Below the pieces are notes generated by a model. It was not told the origin of the DNA. It ran no database searches and worked only from the letters and a program-made list of their open reading frames with translations. This document shows positions 18,154 through 28,123 of a stretch of 64,000 bases of DNA, piece by piece. The DNA comes from Bdellovibrionota bacterium (GTDB taxonomy: Bacteria > Bdellovibrionota_G > JALEGL01 > DATDPG01). Where the stretch lies: positions 2,592,001-2,656,000 of the forward strand of contig OY764265.1 of NCBI GenBank assembly GCA_963668355.1, in the 5' to 3' direction. The position numbers were made by a program, and so were the translations under genes. Numbering within the stretch: position 1 is the stretch's first letter; each line of letters starts with the position of its first letter.

Positions 18154-19440
18154 TTAGAATTTATACGAACCAGATAAGACAATAGCATAAGAGCGTTCGG
18201 TTACCGAGATGATGTTTCCCAAATTGTCGACGCCATTTCCCTCCCCAAGAGAAATGATTCCCCCTGCGGAAAGCGTGCTGTTCTCTGTTTCCAAGGCTCC
18301 AGCAAACGTAAAACCGTAATGATCGACTTGATCGGCCTGGCTTCTAGTCCCCGCTTGAAGGTCGGGGGCCGCAGACAAATTTGTAAAGAAGCCCGCTCGG
18401 ATCGCCCATTCGGGAGCAATGAAGTATTCACCACCCACGCTTCCGTTGAATGCCAGCTTTTGATGGATGTTTTCAGGGGTCCCATCTACATAAGCATAGT
18501 CATTGGGTAAGTGTAAAAGGATGTCGGCCGAAACGGCCCATCTTCTTGTCTTGTCGAATGCAACGCCGAAACCAAATCGTTGGGGCGCTTCAAATTTAAG
18601 GTCCAAATCCTCAAGATCTGTGTTTGAGTTGGCCAGAGAAATGTTTGTGCGGTCGGTTATGGCAATGGAGCTATAGTAGTTCCCATTGCTGTGAAGCCGA
18701 AGTGTGGGAGATTGGTAGGTGAAACCCAACCACAAATTCTCTACGGGCGAATACCGAATGCCCACAAGGCCCACTAAGCCTCCAATGTTTCCTGTTTCAT
18801 GAAGAAATGCTTGAGAAAAATGGGTTGCAACATCTTCGGATAGAAAACCCACGTTTTCAATTTTCGTGAGGAAGTATCCAAGTGTGGCTCCCACTGACAA
18901 ATGTCTGGAAAGTTTTCGGGCATAGGAAGGTCCGACCATCAAAGTTTGATTAAATAGGGAACGGGTTCCTCCGGCGGATCCAGATGTTACGTCAAATTTA
19001 ACTCTTCCCGTCAGTTCATTTTGATTCAATACAACGACATTGAGTGCCACGGCATTTCGCTTTTCCTGAGAATCTTCCCACCAAAATCGAAATCGTTTCG
19101 CGAATGATGCGATCTGAGGAATACTTGTAAAAGCGTCTTGAGGTAGGTCTGTGGAGCTGCCTGCCAAAGTAATGGCGTCTTTCCGTTCGCCTCGAGAAAG
19201 TCGATATAGGTTTCCGGCAACGGATAAGGTGTCGTATTCCGCAAACGCCAGACCTGCCGGATTATAGATTCCGCCTTCGGCAGTCGTGGAAAGAGCAATG
19301 AAGGCTCCCCCCATCCCCATAGCCCGTTCACCAGGGATGACTCCCCGATAATTATAATTGGCGAAGGAGAGGGAAGGCGCAAGAAGCGAAAGACCCAAAA
19401 AGACCGTAAGAAAGAACCTGATTCGATGTCGCATGGGCAT
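18154..19440 (-). CDS. OmpP1/FadL/TodX-like outer-membrane beta-barrel
   Basis: Signal peptide, GERAMGMGGAF..YNPAGLA hatch motif, amphipathic strands, terminal YKF. Confidence 0.82.
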   Translation of the reverse strand: MPMRHRIRFFLTVFLGLSLLAPSLSFANYNYRGVIPGERAMGMGGAFIALSTTAEGGIYNPAGLAFAEYDTLSVAGNLYRLSRGERKDAITLAGSSTDLPQDAFTSIPQIASFAKRFRFWWEDSQEKRNAVALNVVVLNQNELTGRVKFDVTSGSAGGTRSLFNQTLMVGPSYARKLSRHLSVGATLGYFLTKIENVGFLSEDVATHFSQAFLHETGNIGGLVGLVGIRYSPVENLWLGFTYQSPTLRLHSNGNYYSSIAITDRTNISLANSNTDLEDLDLKFEAPQRFGFGVAFDKTRRWAVSADILLHLPNDYAYVDGTPENIHQKLAFNGSVGGEYFIAPEWAIRAGFFTNLSAAPDLQAGTRSQADQVDHYGFTFAGALETENSTLSAGGIISLGEGNGVDNLGNIISVTERSYAIVLSGSYKF

Positions 19441-19466
19441 CCGAATACCCTGGGCGGAAAAGCAGG

Positions 19467-20573
19467 TCAAATTCGGTGGGTTTGTAGCTGTGACTCCCTT
19501 TTATGCCGCTCCAAAGCCAGGTCAATCAACCGATCCAGCAATTGGCCATAGGGCAATCCGGAAACGGTCCAAAGCTTTGGATACATGCTGATTTTCGTAA
19601 AACCCGGAATGGTATTGATTTCATTTACAACGAGTTTCCCATCTTTCGTGAGAAAAACATCCACTCGAGCCATCCCCGCACAATCCAATACGCGAAAGAC
19701 TTGTTTCGCCAGTGTTTGTACCTCTTCAATCGTTTTCTTTGGCAGTTCGGCAGGGGCCATCAGCAAAGCTCCATCATCGTCAAGGTATTTGGCCTCATAG
19801 GAGTAAAAGGCATGATTCTGGGGAATGACCTCTCCAGGAAGCGAAGCTTCGGGAAATTCATTTCCCAAAACCGCACACTCAATTTCTCGCGCATTTTCGA
19901 AGGCCTCTTCAATGATGACTTTCTCGTCATATTTAAAAGCGTCTTTTAAAGCAGGGCCTAAATCATTGGGCGAGTCCACCTTGTGAATTCCCACGGAAGA
20001 TCCCAAATTGGCTGGTTTGACAAAACAGGGAAAACCCACCCGTTCTTCAACAAGGGTGGGCGAGAGGTCTTTTTCATGGGATCGATGCAGAATGTATTTT
20101 GCAATGGGTATCCCCGCATCTCGAAGCAGGCGTTTCATGACATCCTTATCCATCCCAACCGCCGAACCCAAAACTCCCGCTCCCACAAAAGGAACCCCTG
20201 CGAGTTTCAGCAATCCTTGAACCGTTCCATCTTCTCCGAAAGTTCCATGAAGAACCGGGAATACGACATCCAGGGGTTCAAAAGGTAAATTCTCAGTCAA
20301 ACGAACCAGGGGGGCTTTCTCTTTCCCGGGAATCAACGCTGAAGGGGCGCCCAACTCGTTTAAGCTTATTTTGTCGGCCTGACCGGGATTCAATAGAAAG
20401 TTTTCGTTATCTGAAATATGCCAAACACCTTTTTTGTCGATCCCCAAAAGAACGATTTCATACTTCTCACGGTCCAGAGCTTCGATGACGTTTTTCGCGG
20501 ATAGAAGGGAAACTTCATGTTCAGCTGATTTTCCTCCAAAAAGGACTCCGATTCGAATTTTATTTTTGGTCAT
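19467..20573 (-). CDS. ddlA: D-alanine--D-alanine ligase (DdlA type)
   Basis: GGKSAEHEVSL, HGTFGEDGTVQG, GSSVG, YSYEAKY, NEINTIPGFT. Confidence 0.96.
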   Translation of the reverse strand: MTKNKIRIGVLFGGKSAEHEVSLLSAKNVIEALDREKYEIVLLGIDKKGVWHISDNENFLLNPGQADKISLNELGAPSALIPGKEKAPLVRLTENLPFEPLDVVFPVLHGTFGEDGTVQGLLKLAGVPFVGAGVLGSAVGMDKDVMKRLLRDAGIPIAKYILHRSHEKDLSPTLVEERVGFPCFVKPANLGSSVGIHKVDSPNDLGPALKDAFKYDEKVIIEEAFENAREIECAVLGNEFPEASLPGEVIPQNHAFYSYEAKYLDDDGALLMAPAELPKKTIEEVQTLAKQVFRVLDCAGMARVDVFLTKDGKLVVNEINTIPGFTKISMYPKLWTVSGLPYGQLLDRLIDLALERHKRESQLQTHRI

Positions 20574-20579
20574 AACTCT

Positions 20580-21587
20580 TTAACTCTTTTCTTTTTGGAA
20601 CGCGTTGCGTTTCTCCATGCGAAGTCGGCGATTGATTTCATCTGCGGCATCCACGGCCTCATCCCATGCCGTGTAAATCTGCATTTTTTTCCCCGAGATC
20701 ACATCTCCGACGGCGAAAACATTTTCCTCAGAAGTTTCATACTTCGAAGAGACCACAATTTTCTCGTCTGCATCTAGATGTAAGTTCATTTGTTTGGCCA
20801 ATTCATTGTAGACGATCGTTCCCAATGCCACGATCGATCGATCCGTGGAGACCGTTTGGTTTTCGGCCTCGAGCTGAAAGCCTTTCAGCCCTTCTTTGGG
20901 ATCGCCTAGAATTCTCCGAATGGGAGACTCGAAAACCGGAAAATCATACAGCTTGAGCAGGTCTTGCGAAGAAGACGATAGGACCATCTTCTCTCCATTG
21001 GTCAAAATGGGGACTTCTTTATGCCCATATCTCTCTTTTAAAACTGCAGCGATGTTAACCGCGGCATCTCCATTTCCCAAAACCGAAACCCGATGACCAT
21101 ATGTGCGATGTCCATCACAACGAATGCAGTAGAGTAGGTCCCCCCGATTGGCAAAAGGAAAAACCGGATCCATGCTTCCCTGAATCAAAGGCTGTTTGTC
21201 CATGATTCCTGTGGCCATCACGACGAACTTGACGCGAACTTCTTCTTCCTCTTCCTTTTTGTTTTTGTAAGAAAGAACGAAACATTTCTCCTCTTTCCGA
21301 ATGGAGGTCACGGTCTCAGAAAGAGGCTCACCGAATTCCTTTAAAGAATCTTGTTTTTGAATCCAGTTGAGGGTGCTTTTCTGTGTGGCAATGACGGGTC
21401 GGGCCATGCCGTGAAGACCCGGAATGTTTTCAACATCCCCGACCCAGGTCCCTCGGCCTCTTCGTTTGGTATCGGCATTGCCCATAAAAAAGATCACCCG
21501 ATCGTGGTTCAACACCGATCGAAGGTATGCCATGGTTCCAGCACCGCCGCCTCCAATAATTCCAATATCAAAATTCTCTTTATGCAT
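20580..21587 (-). CDS. Thioredoxin-reductase-like FAD/NAD(P) oxidoreductase
   Basis: IGIIGGGGAG, ATG, redox motif YCIRCDG, ETSEENVFAVGD; start uncertain (21587 or 21602). Confidence 0.85.
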   Translation of the reverse strand: MHKENFDIGIIGGGGAGTMAYLRSVLNHDRVIFFMGNADTKRRGRGTWVGDVENIPGLHGMARPVIATQKSTLNWIQKQDSLKEFGEPLSETVTSIRKEEKCFVLSYKNKKEEEEEVRVKFVVMATGIMDKQPLIQGSMDPVFPFANRGDLLYCIRCDGHRTYGHRVSVLGNGDAAVNIAAVLKERYGHKEVPILTNGEKMVLSSSSQDLLKLYDFPVFESPIRRILGDPKEGLKGFQLEAENQTVSTDRSIVALGTIVYNELAKQMNLHLDADEKIVVSSKYETSEENVFAVGDVISGKKMQIYTAWDEAVDAADEINRRLRMEKRNAFQKEKS

Positions 21588-21629
21588 CGTAGAACCTTTC
21601 AAGGGCTGTTATGATACCGACCTCATCAT

Positions 21630-23864
21630 ATGAATCATCAGAATTCCGAGTTAAAATCCGAATCTTCCCCTCCCGCTGGCTTTGGCACCTTTAAAGGCGT
21701 GTTTGTCCCGAGCATCCTAACGATTTTCGGCGTGATCATGTATCTCCGCCTGGGCTGGATCCTGGGGCATGTGGGACTGTTTCAAACCTTAGTGATTGTA
21801 ACGATTTCATGTTCGATCACGTTTTTAACGGCACTGTCCATCGCCGCGACCTCCACGAATATGAAAGTTGGGGCTGGCGGGACGTATTATATGATTTCAC
21901 GTTCTTTTGGGGTTGAAACGGGGGCCGCCATTGGCATTCCCTTATTTTTCGCCCAAGCCCTCGGCATTTCCTTTTACATTGTCGGATTTTCGGAATCGCT
22001 TCATGCTATTTTCCCGGCGATTCCGGTTCGGGCTTTCGGTGTGGCAAGCTTATTTCTGTTAACCGCAATCGCCTATAAATCCACCAACCTTGCCCTAAAA
22101 ACCCAGACAGTCGTGTTCTTAATCATCGTCTTGTCTCTATTGAGTTTTTTTGTTGGCAATGCAGACTTTGCCCCCAATTCATCGACACTGCCTCTATTGG
22201 AAAAAACGAACCTCGGTTTTTGGGTGGCGTTTTCGATTTTTTTCCCTGCGGTTACGGGCATTGAGGCCGGTCTGGCCTTGTCCGGGGATTTGAAAAAACC
22301 ATCCCGTGCTCTGCCGTTGGGGACTCTTTCTGCGGTGATCGTCGGAGCCATCGTCTATTTAATCATTCCAATTGTCTTAAGCATCCGCGTTTCGCCCGAA
22401 GTCCTTCGAGGCAATACAATGATCATGCAAGATATGGCCATTTGGGGGATCTTGGTTTTGCTGGGAATTTGGGGAGCCACACTGTCGAGCGGAATGGGGG
22501 CTCTTTTGGGGGCTCCTCGAACTCTTCAAGCCTTAGCGAAGGATCGAGTTGTTTTTTCGTTTCTGGGAAAAGGAGAGGGGGAATCCAACGAGCCTCGACT
22601 CGCCACAGTCATTTCCTTTCTCATTGCCCTGGTGGCCATTCTTATCGGAGACCTCAATGCCATTGCCCCGGTTCTTTCGATGTTTTTCTTAACGGCCTAT
22701 GGCTTTTTAAATCTCGCAGCAGCCATTGAGAGTTTTTTACAAAATCCGAGTTGGCGACCCACATTTCAAACGCCCTGGGTGGTTTCTTTGGTTGGGGCTC
22801 TGGCTTGTTTGGCAGCTATGCTCATGATCAATCCCGGAGCTACGATCATTTCTACGGGCTTTGTCGTCGGAGTTTTTCTATTAACCAAAGCCAGAAATCT
22901 TGGGAACCGTTGGTCAGACATGCGTGGAAGCATGTTGCAAGCCTTGGCCCACTATTCCATTCACCAGCTTTCCCCACTAAAGGCGGAGGCCCGTACGTGG
23001 AGACCCAATATTTTGGTGTTTAGTGGGGCCCCCACCAAGCGTTGGCATTTAATTGAATTGGCGCAAGCCTTTACACAGGGAAAAGGTTTTCTCACGGTGG
23101 CAACGATTTTGACGCAAGATCAGGATGAGGAACGCTTGGCCAAAATGGAAAATTCCATTCGAGATTTTCTCGGAAAAAAGAGGGTGAAGGGCCTGGTGGA
23201 GGTTCAACCGGCCGTGGATGTCGTTCGAGGCGCAGAGGGCATGATTCGAAGCTATGGGATAGGTTCCATTCGCCCCAACACGATTCTCCTGGGTGATACG
23301 GAAAACCCTGAACAATTTGCCCTTCATGCACGTTTAATTCGTTCGGCTCTGAAAAACGAAAAAAATGTCATCATTGTTCGAAAACCTCCTTCTCAAGAGA
23401 CGATCGACCAACAACCTTTTAGGATTCCCGGGAAAGGGAAGAAGATCATCGTTTGGTGGGGTCGGCAAAGACAAAACGCCAATCTCATGCTTGCGCTCGG
23501 ACATCTCCTTCAATACGGGCCAGACTGGCAAGGGTCTGAATTGCATTTAAAATCCACGATTGACAAGGATGAGGAAAAAGAAACTGCAACCAAAGCGTTG
23601 GAAAGGTTTGTCAAAGCTGGACGTTTGCGGGCGCAGGTCGAGCTGATCACCTCGGATCCCACACAGGACGTTTTTGAAACCCTTCGGGAGAAATCCTCGG
23701 ATGCGGACATGGTGTTTATCGGAATTCGTCCCCCTGAGGCAGATGAGTCCGACCAAGATTATGCGGCCTATTACGAGTCTCTGTTAAAACGAAGTCGAGG
23801 AATGCCCCAAACCGTGATCGTGATGGCGGCAGAGCCTCTCAAATTTAACGAAATCTTTGAATAA
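21630..23864 (+). CDS. Cation-chloride cotransporter (SLC12/CCC, APC superfamily)
   Basis: GVFVPSILTIFGVIMYLRLGW, GGTYYMISRSFG, FSIFFPAVTGIEAG, WRPNILV and RPNT in a cytosolic C-terminal domain. Confidence 0.9.
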   Translation: MNHQNSELKSESSPPAGFGTFKGVFVPSILTIFGVIMYLRLGWILGHVGLFQTLVIVTISCSITFLTALSIAATSTNMKVGAGGTYYMISRSFGVETGAAIGIPLFFAQALGISFYIVGFSESLHAIFPAIPVRAFGVASLFLLTAIAYKSTNLALKTQTVVFLIIVLSLLSFFVGNADFAPNSSTLPLLEKTNLGFWVAFSIFFPAVTGIEAGLALSGDLKKPSRALPLGTLSAVIVGAIVYLIIPIVLSIRVSPEVLRGNTMIMQDMAIWGILVLLGIWGATLSSGMGALLGAPRTLQALAKDRVVFSFLGKGEGESNEPRLATVISFLIALVAILIGDLNAIAPVLSMFFLTAYGFLNLAAAIESFLQNPSWRPTFQTPWVVSLVGALACLAAMLMINPGATIISTGFVVGVFLLTKARNLGNRWSDMRGSMLQALAHYSIHQLSPLKAEARTWRPNILVFSGAPTKRWHLIELAQAFTQGKGFLTVATILTQDQDEERLAKMENSIRDFLGKKRVKGLVEVQPAVDVVRGAEGMIRSYGIGSIRPNTILLGDTENPEQFALHARLIRSALKNEKNVIIVRKPPSQETIDQQPFRIPGKGKKIIVWWGRQRQNANLMLALGHLLQYGPDWQGSELHLKSTIDKDEEKETATKALERFVKAGRLRAQVELITSDPTQDVFETLREKSSDADMVFIGIRPPEADESDQDYAAYYESLLKRSRGMPQTVIVMAAEPLKFNEIFE

Positions 23865-23950
23865 GTCCTTTTATAGTCCAATAAAAACAAACACATAGGA
23901 AAGTGTGGGTTTTTTGCTCCTCTTGACGCGACGTGATATGACCTCCGGCG

Positions 23951-26893
23951 TTGTTTATGAAGGGTGGGGTTTTAAAACGCTGGAAAGGGCTGGTAGCACT
24001 TTTCTGTTTCTGTGTTTCGCTGTCTGCGATGGCTGAGACCATTCCTTGGTCCGATCAAGTTCGCCAATACATCCAAAAGCGTTTCGACTTGAACGAAACC
24101 CAAACCGAGATTTTTTTAACCGCTCTGATGGAGAAGCGGCCGGAATATCTTCCCAAGGAACGTCCGAACTCTCTTCGTCAACGCATTCAAGCCCTATCGA
24201 GTCCAAGCACTTCCCACGCTCCCTTAAAGAGTCAAGACCGAGTGTTGTCGGAATACATGAACGGCTTGGCGATACAGATTCGAACGGTCCGTGTTTATGA
24301 AGCGCAACTCGCCCAAAAATTTGTGACCGCCCAGTTTTTTTGGAAAAATGGGGAGATTGGAGCGGCGATCGATGTTTTGGAGGGAGTCAAACGTTTTGTG
24401 GCCGAAAATTCTCCTTACTGCGAATCCAATCGGCCAGATTTTGAAAGAGAGGCCCTCAAAAAAGCGACGTCGCAGTTAAATGAAATTTCATCGGGGCTGA
24501 AAAAGAATCCTTATTCTCACTTAAGATTGGAGGCCGAAAAAAAGCCCCAGGTTTCTTCGTCAGCGGAACCCTTGACCAAGAAACCAGAAACCACGCCGAG
24601 AAAAGAAACGGCTCCTTCCCAACCGAAACCAGAAGAAAGAAGGGAAACGCCAGAATCCAAGAGAAAATTAGCCCCACCTAGAGCAGAACCAACAGAGATC
24701 CCCGAGGCTTCCACAAAGCCTGAGCCCACTCAAATTTCAGTAGAAACGAGGGCCTCTGGTCCGGTGACTGAAGAATCCGTGGGGAGACAAGTCACGATCG
24801 AATTCAAACCTCCCAAAAAAAAGAAACGAAAGCCTCCTCAGAAAACGTCTAGGCCGCCGGCTGAAAAAGCGGATCCATCTTCTCCGATATTGAAAAAACT
24901 TCCGGTTCCCTTAAGAAAACCAAGAACAAATCATAAATCCAGTGTCCCCGCTTTGAGACCCGTGGAAAAAGATCCACCCCAAGAATGGCATTCCCCTCAA
25001 GATAAACGATTGGCCCAAAAAACGTTGCGGCACCTTCAAGAAAAGCCTTTTAATCTCTCTCCTGCCCAAGCGAAACGGTTTTGCCGGGAACTCACTCAAC
25101 GAAGTGGCCTGGCCTCTCGAAACGGGTTTGTGAATGATCTCACCTCCCTTCTGCATCGGTTTAATTTGGGGCAACTGCCTGTGGAGGCCCTTCGGCTCCA
25201 ACACCAAAACGTAAGAGAGTCGACGGGGCTTACCGGAGATCGTGTACGATTGGTGGAGGAAATTCGAGAAGAGTTGGCCTATGTTCGAACCTATTTCAAT
25301 TCAAATGGAAGTCGCAAAGCCGTCGCCGAAACCGGCACAGAAAAGAAGAAGGCATCTCCCAAGAAAAAAACGACTCGGAAAAAAGGTCCCCCTAGGGAAC
25401 GTCACTACCGAGATCCGAGATACCAGGCGATGAATCGAAGACACACCGTAGAATCTGGCCTATGGGGAGGTAACCAACACCCTCGAGGAGTCACGCCACC
25501 TCAGGATCATTTCGACAATCCTGCTTGGGATAGAAGGGAAAGAAGAACCGAAAGGGATCTGGTTTCAACCAAATTGCAATTGATTGACCTCGATCTCGCC
25601 AATGGCCAACTTTCTCGAGCACAGGAACGAATAAAAGGCCTGGAACAATTCGCCCGCATCCGAGGCAACCACCGCTTGGATAATGACCTGATGCCCGAAC
25701 TCATGAATCGAGAAATGAGGATTCAAGACATTCAAGAGGCCGAATCCCAACGGCTCTCTGAACCATCGATTCGTTCTCGGGCCGTCATGGAAACAGGTCG
25801 GGGAGGACTTCTCTTCATTGGGCAACAACTAGGAGCGGATCTCATTGTCCTGGGAACCACGCGAGATTTTCAACAACTCGAAAAATGGACTTCCTTCGAT
25901 CAACTTCGCTCCGTTTCCGCAAGCTACGTGTCGCTTTCGGCTTCTGGAATGCTCGGGGAGTCGGTCTACAAAACGTTATTGGCTCATCCTCGGGGCTTAA
26001 CGCTTTCTGAGGCCTTGGCCACACCTTCGTCCATGTTTGCCCGAACGGCGGCCGAACGTTTTGCCATGAGGTCTGCGGTTTTATGGGCGGCCTTGACGGG
26101 AGCTGAATTTCTTCAAACGGGCAGGGTAGAAGCCAAAAATGCGATACTGGGAGTTCCCAATGTTTTGATTGCCCATGGAGTTGCTTATGAAGGCATGGGC
26201 CGCGTGGCCCGAAGTGTGATTTCGGCTTTTCAAAAGCGAGCCCGCGTTCGACGAGGAATCGAAATGGCCCGCATGATTGCCAGAGGGGCACGTTCGAGGA
26301 GCTTTATTCGGGGGGATTGGAAGTGGATGTTGGCTTTAGGAAGCATTGAATTCGCCATCATTCATGGATTGGGTTCCTTGGAGGAGTGGGGCTTTCAACA
26401 ATGGAACGCTCGAAAAAATCGCGATCGCACAGAAGATGCGTTCGCGACATTCCGAGAAAGCGGCCTGAGAGATTTTGTCAGTCCGGGATTCTTATCCAAA
26501 AAAGATGAATGGCGCTTCAAACATCGCCACTTCTTAAAAGCCCTGGGCACAGACATCGCTTTTGAGTCCCTGGCGCTTCGGGCTCAGTGTCAAATGGATT
26601 TAAATCATGTGGAAGATGGGGATCTGAGGGCTTCTTTTGCCATTCGAAAAAAGTGCAAAACCCGTCGGGACGCCTTGGAGAAAAAGTGGGAAGAAGAAGG
26701 AGATCCCGCACGCCTCAATCCTCTCCAAGAAAGCCTGGCCAAAGGAAACCTAGAAGAGGCTTTTTCACGCTTAATTCGAAACCCACATCTTTTTGCCCAA
26801 CAAGCCGCCTTATTCACGCAATTCTCCATCAACGAAGTGCTGGCAGACTTTGATGAATCCGATCCGCTCGCGTATGAAGGGGAGAATGGATAA
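23951..26893 (+). CDS. Large hypothetical secreted protein (980 aa)
   Basis: Long ORF with signal peptide (LVALFCFCVSLSAMA), a P/E/K/T-rich linker and hydrophobic C-terminal helices; no family recognised. Confidence 0.75.
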   Translation: MFMKGGVLKRWKGLVALFCFCVSLSAMAETIPWSDQVRQYIQKRFDLNETQTEIFLTALMEKRPEYLPKERPNSLRQRIQALSSPSTSHAPLKSQDRVLSEYMNGLAIQIRTVRVYEAQLAQKFVTAQFFWKNGEIGAAIDVLEGVKRFVAENSPYCESNRPDFEREALKKATSQLNEISSGLKKNPYSHLRLEAEKKPQVSSSAEPLTKKPETTPRKETAPSQPKPEERRETPESKRKLAPPRAEPTEIPEASTKPEPTQISVETRASGPVTEESVGRQVTIEFKPPKKKKRKPPQKTSRPPAEKADPSSPILKKLPVPLRKPRTNHKSSVPALRPVEKDPPQEWHSPQDKRLAQKTLRHLQEKPFNLSPAQAKRFCRELTQRSGLASRNGFVNDLTSLLHRFNLGQLPVEALRLQHQNVRESTGLTGDRVRLVEEIREELAYVRTYFNSNGSRKAVAETGTEKKKASPKKKTTRKKGPPRERHYRDPRYQAMNRRHTVESGLWGGNQHPRGVTPPQDHFDNPAWDRRERRTERDLVSTKLQLIDLDLANGQLSRAQERIKGLEQFARIRGNHRLDNDLMPELMNREMRIQDIQEAESQRLSEPSIRSRAVMETGRGGLLFIGQQLGADLIVLGTTRDFQQLEKWTSFDQLRSVSASYVSLSASGMLGESVYKTLLAHPRGLTLSEALATPSSMFARTAAERFAMRSAVLWAALTGAEFLQTGRVEAKNAILGVPNVLIAHGVAYEGMGRVARSVISAFQKRARVRRGIEMARMIARGARSRSFIRGDWKWMLALGSIEFAIIHGLGSLEEWGFQQWNARKNRDRTEDAFATFRESGLRDFVSPGFLSKKDEWRFKHRHFLKALGTDIAFESLALRAQCQMDLNHVEDGDLRASFAIRKKCKTRRDALEKKWEEEGDPARLNPLQESLAKGNLEEAFSRLIRNPHLFAQQAALFTQFSINEVLADFDESDPLAYEGENG

Positions 26894-27272
26894 TCAAACC
26901 TTGGAAATGCTTCGGCCTTGGCTTGAAGCTGTGAAAAATCGAGACGTTGAATCGGCCGTCCATTGCTATGCGAAGGAAGCGGTCCTTCTGGGAACGTTTT
27001 CAAAATCCTCCAGAAAAGGATTGGAAAAAATTCAGGATTACTTCAACAATTTTCTAAAAAAAGAAGCATTAACTTGTGAAATCAAAGAGTGTTTTTCTTT
27101 TTTGGGAGATCAAAAATCCACACTTTGCGGTCGATACACCTTCATGGCGCAAACCGAAAAAAACGCCACCGTCATGGAGATCCCGGCTCGGTTTACGTTT
27201 GTGTTTGAATTGAATTCGGAGAAGGAGTGGAAAATTATTCACCACCATTCTTCGGTCCTGCCCGAAAGCTAA
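26886..27272 (+). CDS. NTF2-like protein (SgcJ/EcaC, CaMKII association-domain-like)
   Basis: YAKEAVLLGTFS..IQDYFNNFL..ARFTFVF..WKIIHHHSSVLPE; start at ATG 26886 after GGAG. Confidence 0.85.
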   Translation: MDNQTLEMLRPWLEAVKNRDVESAVHCYAKEAVLLGTFSKSSRKGLEKIQDYFNNFLKKEALTCEIKECFSFLGDQKSTLCGRYTFMAQTEKNATVMEIPARFTFVFELNSEKEWKIIHHHSSVLPES

Positions 27273-27293
27273 CCCCTAGCAACCCCTTTTATT

Positions 27294-27612
27294 AAGGAAA
27301 GGGCGGTTTAACCTCTAACAACCCCCGCGCAGCCCGCAAAGTAAATTTGACGGGCCACTCAATTTTAAATCTTTAGGCTTTCCATGCGCATTCGACCTGG
27401 CCCCAATATACGCGATGGTAATCTTTCATGGGGTACTCGCTTATTATCGTCAGGGGTGAAACCTTAAAAGGAAAGGGCGGTTTAACCCCTAACAACCCCC
27501 TCGCAGCCCGCAAAGTAAATTTGACGGGCCACTCAATTTTAAGTCTTTAGGCTTTCCATGCGCATTCGACCTGGCCCCAATATACGCGATGGTAATCTTT
27601 CATGGGGTACTC
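27294..27612. repeat. Tandem 145-bp direct repeat (27294-27438 and 27468-27612; period 174 bp)
   Basis: The copies align with 3 substitutions. Each contains the last 22 codons of the flavin reductase gene and a GCCCGCAAA..TTTGACGGGC hairpin. Confidence 0.95.
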
Positions 27613-28044
27613 ATCATTGACATCCTTTGAGAGGAATTGGTCGGGGTCGAGGTCTTGGTAGGCCATGGTTCGGCACTCGAAGACGAGTTGGGCCTCCTTG
27701 ACGCGAGGGACACTCACCACATCGCTGGGTTCTGTTGTGAGACCTGTTTCTGTCCATTTGTCGATGTCTCGACCGCTTTGAGAACCACAGGCTTCCATGG
27801 CTCCTTTAAACTCTTTGGACAAAAAATTCAGCGTGAATTCGGGATGGTCATTCAACAGCTTGAACGTGTGTCGAGTTGGCCGAACATAAATGGTCACCGT
27901 GGGCTTATGCCAAAGCGTACCCATCCCTCCCCATGAAACGGTCATGGGATTGGGATGATCTGAACCGGCTACCAGCAAGGCCCAGTCATTGTCTAAAACG
28001 GTGAAAGGGTGAACCTCTAATTCGGAAAGTTGTAGTTTCTGCAT
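27547..28044 (-). CDS. Flavin reductase-like (flavoredoxin/DIM6/NTAB family) protein
   Basis: NPMTVSWGG, YVRPTRHT, CGSQSGRDIDK, DYHRVYWGQV. Confidence 0.9.
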   Translation of the reverse strand: MQKLQLSELEVHPFTVLDNDWALLVAGSDHPNPMTVSWGGMGTLWHKPTVTIYVRPTRHTFKLLNDHPEFTLNFLSKEFKGAMEACGSQSGRDIDKWTETGLTTEPSDVVSVPRVKEAQLVFECRTMAYQDLDPDQFLSKDVNDEYPMKDYHRVYWGQVECAWKA

Positions 28045-28123
28045 GATCGGAGGGATTCTAAAGGGTTCATTCGATGACGTCTATATTGGCATCTCGCTTG
28101 GGTCTTTGGTAACGTTTTGTTTA

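Noticed and set aside
27294..27612. Diversity-generating retroelement TR/VR pair
   Set aside because: The coding parts of the two copies are identical, only 1 of 3 differences is at a template adenine, and there is no reverse transcriptase in the window.
27294..27612. Integron attC sites or CRISPR repeats
   Set aside because: A GTTTAAC and a bulged hairpin are present, but there is no matching GTTRRRY end, no integrase or cas gene, only two copies, and the repeat includes coding sequence.
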